A DNA stretch of 64,000 nucleotides from an uncultured archaeon (GTDB lineage Archaea > Nanobdellota > Nanobdellia > Pacearchaeales > GW2011-AR1), in NCBI GenBank assembly GCA_902385635.1, contig CABMGN010000008.1:197147-261146 (forward strand), written 5' to 3'. Positions 58,007 to 64,000 of this stretch are shown here, in pieces. The position numbers were made by a program, and so were the translations under genes. The notes under the pieces were generated by a model. It searched no databases. It saw nothing but the letters and a program-made list of their open reading frames with translations, and was not told the DNA's origin. The stretch's first letter is position 1. Each line of letters opens with the position of its first letter.

Positions 58007-58843
58007 ATGTCAATAAAAGGATTTTTTATACGAAGGAAAAAGTTTAACCAAATTGCGAGGGATATAAAGACTATTAAAATTCAGGGGGCGCGGAACATCG
58101 CGAAAGCCGCAATCTATGCTTACTCTTTGATTTCAACACAAAAATCAAAAAATAAATTAATTTCATTAAGACCAACTGAACCCATGTTACATAAAGTTCT
58201 TCAAGAACTTGAAAAAGGTTCAGATTATGAAGAGATTCTTAGCCATTTCGACATTGCTCAGGGAAAAATAAATAAAAATGTTTTTTCTACAATTAAAGCC
58301 GGAGATACTATTTTCACTCATTGTCATTCAACAAATGTTGTTAATGCTTTGATTTACTCTAAACAAAGAAAAAAGAAATTTGAAGTATTTAATACTGAAA
58401 CCCGTCCTCTTTTTCAGGGAAGAAAAACAGCAGAAGAACTCTCTAATTCGGGGATAAATGTCACGATGTTTATTGATTCAGCTTTGGGTCTTGCTCTTTC
58501 AAAAAAAGATCATAACGGAAAGAATATTGTTAAGAAGATCTTTTTAGGTGCGGACGCTCTTCTTGCCGAGGGCATTATAAACAAAATTGGAAGCGGACTT
58601 ATTGCCGATATCTCTAAAGAAAAAGGAATTCCCGTGTATATAATTGCAGATTCCTGGAAGTTTTCACCTAAGAAAATCTCTTTTGAACAGAGAAGTCTCA
58701 ATGAAATATGGGATAAAGCCCCAAAATTTGTAAAAATAAAAAATCCTGCGTTTGAGTTTGTACCAAAAAAGAACATAACAAAAATAATTACTGAGCTTGG
58801 AGTTATGAGTTACGAAGAATTTTTAAGAAAAGTTAGAAACTAA
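58007..58843 (+). CDS. translation initiation factor IF-2B family protein (aIF-2BII / ribose-1,5-bisphosphate isomerase family)
   Basis: GADALLAEGIINKIGSGLIA...GIPVYIIADSWKF. Confidence 0.7.
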   Translation: MSIKGFFIRRKKFNQIARDIKTIKIQGARNIAKAAIYAYSLISTQKSKNKLISLRPTEPMLHKVLQELEKGSDYEEILSHFDIAQGKINKNVFSTIKAGDTIFTHCHSTNVVNALIYSKQRKKKFEVFNTETRPLFQGRKTAEELSNSGINVTMFIDSALGLALSKKDHNGKNIVKKIFLGADALLAEGIINKIGSGLIADISKEKGIPVYIIADSWKFSPKKISFEQRSLNEIWDKAPKFVKIKNPAFEFVPKKNITKIITELGVMSYEEFLRKVRN

Positions 58844-59301
58844 TCATCACACTGACATTTCCCTTCTTCACATTCGCAGTCTCCATGATTACCGCAAGAG
58901 CATTCATGTCCTTGTTCCATTCTTTCTGCGGCTTGTATAGTCTTTGTTATTTCTTCACCTAGATTTTCAAGAGCAGAGTTTAGTTCTACTTTAATTTCTT
59001 CAAGTCTTCCTGTTTGTTTTTCTAGTATTTTTTTTGTTTCACTTACATTTTTTGTTACAAAATTACCCTCGCCAATATCTACTTTTAACTCTTCTGATAG
59101 TAGTTTAGCTTTAACAAATATCCCTCTTCCGATAGGCGCGAAGATCTCTTTCCCAGTCATGCCATTTAGGTCATCTAAGCCTAGGTTTAGAGTATTTAGT
59201 TCTAGAATTCCTTGTTCCACTGCTTCTACTTGCTTCTGCAGCTGTTGCATTTGCTGCTCAAACATACTTAGTTTAAAGATAATTTCCTGTTGATTTTCCA
59301 T
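58840..59301 (-). CDS. pfdA: prefoldin alpha subunit with C-terminal Cys/His-rich tail
   Basis: Coiled-coil, two beta-hairpins (IFAPIGRGIFVKAKL / VDIGEGNFV), coiled-coil; tail HECSCGNHGDCECEEGKCQCDD. Confidence 0.55.
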   Translation of the reverse strand: MENQQEIIFKLSMFEQQMQQLQKQVEAVEQGILELNTLNLGLDDLNGMTGKEIFAPIGRGIFVKAKLLSEELKVDIGEGNFVTKNVSETKKILEKQTGRLEEIKVELNSALENLGEEITKTIQAAERMEQGHECSCGNHGDCECEEGKCQCDD

Positions 59302-59313
59302 TATTTTCTGACC

Positions 59314-59715
59314 TTATATCACTTTAAGTAGTTTTCTAAGAATAATACTGAAGATGATACTACTTATAATATACCACCAGATCCATCCCGCTAAAACCCC
59401 TTCATAGACTGTTCTAATCCAGAATAAGACCAAAAGGAGAGGAAGCGCAGTTATTAGCATTGGTTTGAAAGAGTGTTTCATGAGCTCCATTGAGGAGGCC
59501 ATCATCTCTTTCTGTATTTTTTCTAACTCTTTGGGATCATTTTTATGTTCTTTTAACTTCTGCTGGCAGGATTTTTGTGTATCCTTCAATTCTTTCATTC
59601 TACTCTGGTTTGTAAAATACTTTGTAACTAGAGTCATAGCCAAAGTTATCAGTAGCGAGATCCCAATAATACTATACTGCGGGTACTGTTGTAAAAGCCC
59701 AGTAAGGTCTATCAT
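59314..59715 (-). CDS. DUF106 family membrane protein (archaeal Oxa1/YidC/EMC3-like insertase)
   Basis: TM1, coiled-coil (KELKDTQKSCQQKLKE...KIQKEMM), TM2, TM3; adjacent to secY as in many archaea. Confidence 0.55.
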   Translation of the reverse strand: MIDLTGLLQQYPQYSIIGISLLITLAMTLVTKYFTNQSRMKELKDTQKSCQQKLKEHKNDPKELEKIQKEMMASSMELMKHSFKPMLITALPLLLVLFWIRTVYEGVLAGWIWWYIISSIIFSIILRKLLKVI

Positions 59716-59748
59716 GATTATAAATTGAAGATTATTCTCTTTTTAAAT

Positions 59749-61191
59749 CTAGGCGGTAACAAACTTTTTCATCAGAGGGTTCATATCCATTGAATGTTGC
59801 TGTGCAATATTCTGGTAAAACTGGAACATAATCATTATCACCAGGAGTATCGCTGTTCCCGAGACTAATGCCCCCAGAATATTGGTTAGTGAGGCAAGGA
59901 GGCCTATGGCTAAACCCCCCATAACTGTAAGAGGCATTATGTATCGTTCTAGGATACTCTCCAAAACTCTCTCATCTTGCCTAAATCCCGCGACCTGTAA
60001 CCCGGAAGCCATTATCTTCTTTGCTTGAGCTTTGGCATCCATACCCGAGGTTTTAACCCAAAATATTGCAAAGACAGTAGAGAGTATCATAAAAATTATT
60101 GTATGTGTTAGAGCTTGTAGTAGGTATCTCCAGGCAAAGGCTTGTCTAATAATTAAATCTACAATATTTGTAGAGCCCATCCAAAAAGCTGCACCAGACA
60201 CTGCTTGTCCGTTAGAGAAGTGCCCAAGCCAACCGAAGTGTGAAGCAAAACTAGCTAAACCCGTACATACTCCCCCCTCAGTGATACACGGAGATGCCGC
60301 GTTTTCTAATAGGCCTCCGAATAGCTGTATGTTCGCAACTAATGCTGCAGTAAGGATAACTGGAATAACTGATGCGTAGAAGAATGATAATGGCCAACTA
60401 ATCCCGTACCCCCTGATTCTTCCGAAGGATAAAGGAATTTCTACTTTCAAAGATTGAGCCCATACAACTAGTAAGAAAATAAGTACAGTCATTACAATAG
60501 CGGCTAGAGCTACAAAAAATTCTGTTGGTGCTTTATTAATTATTGACTGAACTAAAACTAGAATTTTACCTGCACACGGCGTTCCTCCAAAATCAAGTAA
60601 ACAATTTTTCCCTTGTTGATTAATAAACTGGAATGCACTTGTAAATAATCTCCATGAAACTCCGGCTGCAATAAACATACTTACCCCCGAACCAAAACCC
60701 CAATTAGTTGTGAGTTGATCCATGTAGTAAATTGCAAGACCTCCAAGTATAAGCTGAAAAATAACTAGCCAAGCAAGTCCTGGCGCAGCTTGTAGTCCTT
60801 GCATTAAGACATAGACTAATGCCTCAAAAATTATAAAAAAGAATACCAATAATTTTTGTACACCCTGGAAAAATTTCTGCCCCTCAGTAGTTGAAGTATC
60901 TATATTAATAATTCCTGCACCAGTTAATAATTGTAAGATAATAGAAGCCATAACAATAGGACCAATACCTAAAGAGATTATACTTCCAAAATCAGTCCCT
61001 AAGATAATTGCTAAATACTCAAATCTCTGTAATGCATTATTAGAAAGGCCAAACAGAGATACATTTGCGAGTACAAAGAATAAACCTAAAACGATTAGAG
61101 TCCATTTAAGCTTAACATTAAAGCTTAATTTCTTCTCTGTAGGTTTGATTACATCGGGAATGAAACTAAATATCTTCGTTAAATCTGCCAT
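59749..61191 (-). CDS. secY: preprotein translocase subunit SecY (Sec61 alpha)
   Basis: 10 TM helices; 480 aa; conserved position after L15. Confidence 0.9.
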   Translation of the reverse strand: MADLTKIFSFIPDVIKPTEKKLSFNVKLKWTLIVLGLFFVLANVSLFGLSNNALQRFEYLAIILGTDFGSIISLGIGPIVMASIILQLLTGAGIINIDTSTTEGQKFFQGVQKLLVFFFIIFEALVYVLMQGLQAAPGLAWLVIFQLILGGLAIYYMDQLTTNWGFGSGVSMFIAAGVSWRLFTSAFQFINQQGKNCLLDFGGTPCAGKILVLVQSIINKAPTEFFVALAAIVMTVLIFLLVVWAQSLKVEIPLSFGRIRGYGISWPLSFFYASVIPVILTAALVANIQLFGGLLENAASPCITEGGVCTGLASFASHFGWLGHFSNGQAVSGAAFWMGSTNIVDLIIRQAFAWRYLLQALTHTIIFMILSTVFAIFWVKTSGMDAKAQAKKIMASGLQVAGFRQDERVLESILERYIMPLTVMGGLAIGLLASLTNILGALVSGTAILLVIMIMFQFYQNIAQQHSMDMNPLMKKFVTA

Positions 61192-61237
61192 TATCTTTAG
61201 TGTGAAAGATGTTTTTTAAAGATTATCTATTTGAGAA

Positions 61238-61924
61238 TTAAGCTTTAACTAAAGTAGCATTTTTTAGTATAGCTAGGGTTGGTGACATACAACTACACTG
61301 GTTACTGCTCAAAACTACATCTATAGTTTTAGTTGTATCTCTCTGGTCCACTCCTCTTACAGGTTTATCTACGAGCTGTTCGTATGCTTCTATATTAAAC
61401 TTTAGTAAATAACTTCCTGTTGAAGGCGCTGTGTAATTCCAGTCGAAAGTACTCCAAGGAGCTTCTGCTTGTGATGTACAATAACTATAGAATCTTAAAT
61501 CATTAGGATTAGTTCTATCTCCTACACAACCCTCCATGATATACTCATGGGGATTAAAGTGATTTACATAAGTAAGGTAATAATGCTGAACTTCTTCTAT
61601 TTCGTAAAGTGTCGGGCTTCCCTTTATCCTATACTGTTTTCCACAAGTCATATTTGGTTTATACATATAAGAAAAACAGAAATCAAATTTTATACTATCA
61701 CTTTTACCGTAACAAGAGCCCTTAGGATTTTCTACCCAAGTAGTTAGATTATAAACCCCATTCTGTTCGAGAGAAATAACTGCTTGAGAATTAATTTTTT
61801 TAAACTGAAATATGGCATTTCCTGAAACATTAGTCTGATTAGAATAAACAACAACACTTGCAATAACGGCTAGTACTAAGAGCACCGAGATTCCGACAAG
61901 AGTTCTATTTTTTTTATTCACCAT
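61238..61924 (-). CDS. hypothetical secreted/anchored Cys-containing protein inserted between rpl15 and secY
   Basis: N-terminal TM/signal (LVGISVLLVLAVIASVVV); 10 Cys; no recognisable domain. Confidence 0.4.
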   Translation of the reverse strand: MVNKKNRTLVGISVLLVLAVIASVVVYSNQTNVSGNAIFQFKKINSQAVISLEQNGVYNLTTWVENPKGSCYGKSDSIKFDFCFSYMYKPNMTCGKQYRIKGSPTLYEIEEVQHYYLTYVNHFNPHEYIMEGCVGDRTNPNDLRFYSYCTSQAEAPWSTFDWNYTAPSTGSYLLKFNIEAYEQLVDKPVRGVDQRDTTKTIDVVLSSNQCSCMSPTLAILKNATLVKA

Positions 61925-61958
61925 CTTTATTTTTCTTAACCTTAGATTGTTTATAAAT

Positions 61959-62480
61959 TTACTTCTTCTTTTCAGGAGCTTTCTTTTTCTTGGGATTTTC
62001 TACTACTGGAGTTTTCATAACCTTCTTTTCTCTAACTTTTATCTCTCCTCCAGCTTTCTTTACCTTCTCTATAGCTGAATTAGACGCTTCAAAAGCTTGA
62101 ATCATCAGTTTATTTTTTACTTCTCCATCTCCAAGAATTTTGTAATTAGATAAGTTTAACTCATAACCATTTGCAGTTTTTTTTGCAATACCTTCTTTAA
62201 TAAAAGATTGAAGTCTATTTTCAATATCTTGAAGATTTATCCTAAGTCTCTTATCCCTCTTTGTGCTCTTGCTTGTTATACCTTGTTTACCAAAATAAGA
62301 ATTTCCATAAAGCTTTGTCATAAGGGTTTTCTTCTGATCTGCTCTTTTCCCTGTTCCAGCCATTCCTTTTCCTCCTCGGTGTCCAGACTTCTTATGCTTT
62401 TTTCTTGCACCCCAACCGTGAGTTCCCATCGCTCTTCCGTGCATTCTCGTAGATTTTTTTCTTTTGTGTACCTGCGCCAT
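61959..62480 (-). CDS. rpl15: 50S ribosomal protein L15 (uL15)
   Basis: KRKKSTRMHGRAMGTHGWGARKKHKKSGHRGGKGMAG. Confidence 0.85.
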   Translation of the reverse strand: MAQVHKRKKSTRMHGRAMGTHGWGARKKHKKSGHRGGKGMAGTGKRADQKKTLMTKLYGNSYFGKQGITSKSTKRDKRLRINLQDIENRLQSFIKEGIAKKTANGYELNLSNYKILGDGEVKNKLMIQAFEASNSAIEKVKKAGGEIKVREKKVMKTPVVENPKKKKAPEKKK

Positions 62481-62481
62481 T

Positions 62482-62913
62482 TTATAACATCTTTTCTAAC
62501 AATTTATTTATATCCTTCCCGTGGCTCCCTAAGATTCCTTTTGGATAGTGGAGTCTAGTACTCTTAACCCCTCCTCGAGGGCTATGCAACCTAAAAAAAG
62601 GTTTCAAATTAAAATCAGAATACTTTTTCCCTTTTTCTAATCCTTCACTTATCTTTTTTACATCTTCTAATTTTTTCTTTTTGTCTATTAACTGTCCTCT
62701 TTTTTCTAAGATCTTTTCGAAGTTTTCTTTAGATATCTCTCCGTAAGCAACGTCGTTCTTTGATTTATAGATCATTCCTAACTGAGCTTTATCCGGATTT
62801 ATCAGAACAACACAAGAATACTTTCTTTTTAATCTAAGTCTGTCTAGATTTTCTTCTAGGTTTTGTCTTACTCCGACAAGTCCCCTAATTCTTATCGCAC
62901 ATATGAAACTCAT
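62482..62913 (-). CDS. rpl30: 50S ribosomal protein L30 (uL30)
   Basis: ICAIRIRGLVGV...LRLKRKYSCVVL...GMIYKSKNDVAYGE. Confidence 0.85.
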   Translation of the reverse strand: MSFICAIRIRGLVGVRQNLEENLDRLRLKRKYSCVVLINPDKAQLGMIYKSKNDVAYGEISKENFEKILEKRGQLIDKKKKLEDVKKISEGLEKGKKYSDFNLKPFFRLHSPRGGVKSTRLHYPKGILGSHGKDINKLLEKML

Positions 62914-63803
62914 TTTTTACTCCTATTAGTTTTCTCTAAAGCATCCATACAAGCTTTTGCAAGATTAAAAGTTGTTGCTTTTGTCCCGAAGGTTTTACTA
63001 TAAACATCTTTGATCCCGGCTATTTTCAAAATTTTCTTTAATTCATTAGCTGCAACAAGGCCTGTCCCCTGCGGTGCTGGAATCAAAACAACCCTACAAC
63101 TTCCACCCTTTCCCTCTACCTTGAATGGAACTGTGTGTAGCTCTCCGCAATTACAGTCAAATGAAGCGCAATCTCTTGTTATTTTTGTAATATTTAACTT
63201 AGCTTTTCTTATTGCTTTGTCTCTTCCGGGAAGGGTTTCTTTCGCTCTCCCATATCCAACACCGATATGTCCTTTTTCATCCCCAACTACTGCGAAGGCT
63301 GAGAATGTTGGAACATTTCCTTCCTTAGTTTTTCTTTGAGTCTGCCTCCAAGCTCTTCTTTTTCCCCCACCAAACTTTCCCTTAGACTGACCGATGCTTA
63401 AAAGATCAAATTTAACATTAAGAAGAGAATCGACTATTTCGGGTTCCAGTATTTTTCTATTTGAATCTAAAATCTGATCTATATTCTTTATTTTTCCTTC
63501 TCTAACTTCTTTACCAAGTTTTGTTCTTGGTTTCCAAACTTTCAAATTTTCCTGGACTTCTTCCTCAGGAGTCATTCTTCTTCCTCTTCTATCTGTTGTT
63601 TTCTTTAATTCCTTCTCAAGAATTTCATCTTCTTTCATCTTCTTTAGTACTTTTTCTTCCTCGCTTAATTCAGCCTCTTCAATTATTTTATTGGTTACTT
63701 TTGCAGCATCCTTTGTTGAATTTTGTGCTTCGGTTTCAGAGAGAGTTCCATAAGCTTCTGCTGTTTTTTTCAAGCTTGAAACATCTTTTTCTTTTTTAGT
63801 CAT
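62910..63803 (-). CDS. rps5: 30S ribosomal protein S5 (uS5) with ~80-aa Lys/Glu-rich N-terminal extension
   Basis: dsRBD plus S5 C-terminal domain (FSAFAVVGDEKGHIGVGYGRAKE...LIPAPQGTGLVA). Confidence 0.9.
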   Translation of the reverse strand: MTKKEKDVSSLKKTAEAYGTLSETEAQNSTKDAAKVTNKIIEEAELSEEEKVLKKMKEDEILEKELKKTTDRRGRRMTPEEEVQENLKVWKPRTKLGKEVREGKIKNIDQILDSNRKILEPEIVDSLLNVKFDLLSIGQSKGKFGGGKRRAWRQTQRKTKEGNVPTFSAFAVVGDEKGHIGVGYGRAKETLPGRDKAIRKAKLNITKITRDCASFDCNCGELHTVPFKVEGKGGSCRVVLIPAPQGTGLVAANELKKILKIAGIKDVYSKTFGTKATTFNLAKACMDALEKTNRSKK

Positions 63804-63804
63804 T

Positions 63805-64000
63805 TTATTTTGCTCCCATTATTTTTGATTTAATTGCATCAAATGTTTTTGAGAAATCTTTTTTTAAGTATTTCCCTTTAATCCTCTCTTCGTCAGGAAA
63901 CAACGAAGGATCACATTTTATTTTAACGCCGCCATCATTAACTCCTTTAATAAATGCGTAGATTTTTGTCTTATGTAAGATTCTTAACATTCCTAGATCA
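63805..64000 (-). CDS. rpl18: 50S ribosomal protein L18 (uL18), 3' part; gene continues beyond window end
   Basis: The frame stays open upstream of the listed Met to the window edge; YAFIKGVNDGGVKI resembles the L18 C-terminus; canonical L18-S5-L30-L15 order. Confidence 0.55.
   Translation of the reverse strand, partial: DLGMLRILHKTKIYAFIKGVNDGGVKIKCDPSLFPDEERIKGKYLKKDFSKTFDAIKSKIMGAK

Overview
AT-rich (~30-35% GC) archaeal window; the gene content points to a small-genome DPANN-like archaeon (inference). Supporting content: archaeal r-proteins L18e, L21e, L30, S5 and L15; RpoD, RpoF and RpoN; RNase P Rpp21; prefoldin alpha; an aIF-2B-family protein; a DUF106 Oxa1-like insertase; and AglB/STT3. 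Layout, left to right:
(1) 1-11.5 kb: accessory segment. It holds a serine recombinase and a second recombinase-domain paralog, RadC, a wHTH regulator, a TM2 protein, CorA, a radical SAM enzyme co-transcribed with a membrane metallophosphoesterase, TspO, a hemerythrin-like protein, GNATs, an RRM-RGG protein and a compositionally atypical hypothetical gene.
(2) 11.5-16.3 kb: conserved minus-strand cluster S9-L13-L18e-tRNALeu-RpoD-S11-S4-S13-DUF655-RpoF-L21e.
(3) 16.6-20.8 kb: MacB/FtsX-type ABC transporter operon.
(4) 20.8-23.5 kb: RpoN (displaced and inverted relative to S9), GNAT, an alpha/beta hydrolase, Rpp21, a standalone 5S rRNA, a second tRNA-Leu, NUDIX, tRNA-Arg and tRNA-Gly.
(5) 23.5-26.1 kb: secF and secD.
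(6) 26.6-57 kb: a ~30 kb surface-glycan/N-glycosylation island. It contains SDR epimerases, GT2 and GT4 enzymes, a GT-C enzyme, two Wzx-like flippases, two SAM methyltransferases, a deacetylase, a FemAB-like protein, a B12-binding radical SAM enzyme and a nonulosonic-acid (Neu/Pse-type) module (PseB-like, PseG-like fusion, NeuB/PseI-like, CMP-transferase). It ends with aglB and an adjacent aglH-like GPT gene disrupted by two frameshifts.
(7) 57-64 kb: DUF95 protein, aIF-2B-like, prefoldin alpha with a Cys-rich tail, DUF106 insertase, SecY, an inserted secreted protein, then L15, L30, S5 and L18 (partial).
No CRISPR array or obvious IS element was seen. CDS coordinates follow the supplied ORF track (stop codon included) unless a start was re-chosen.
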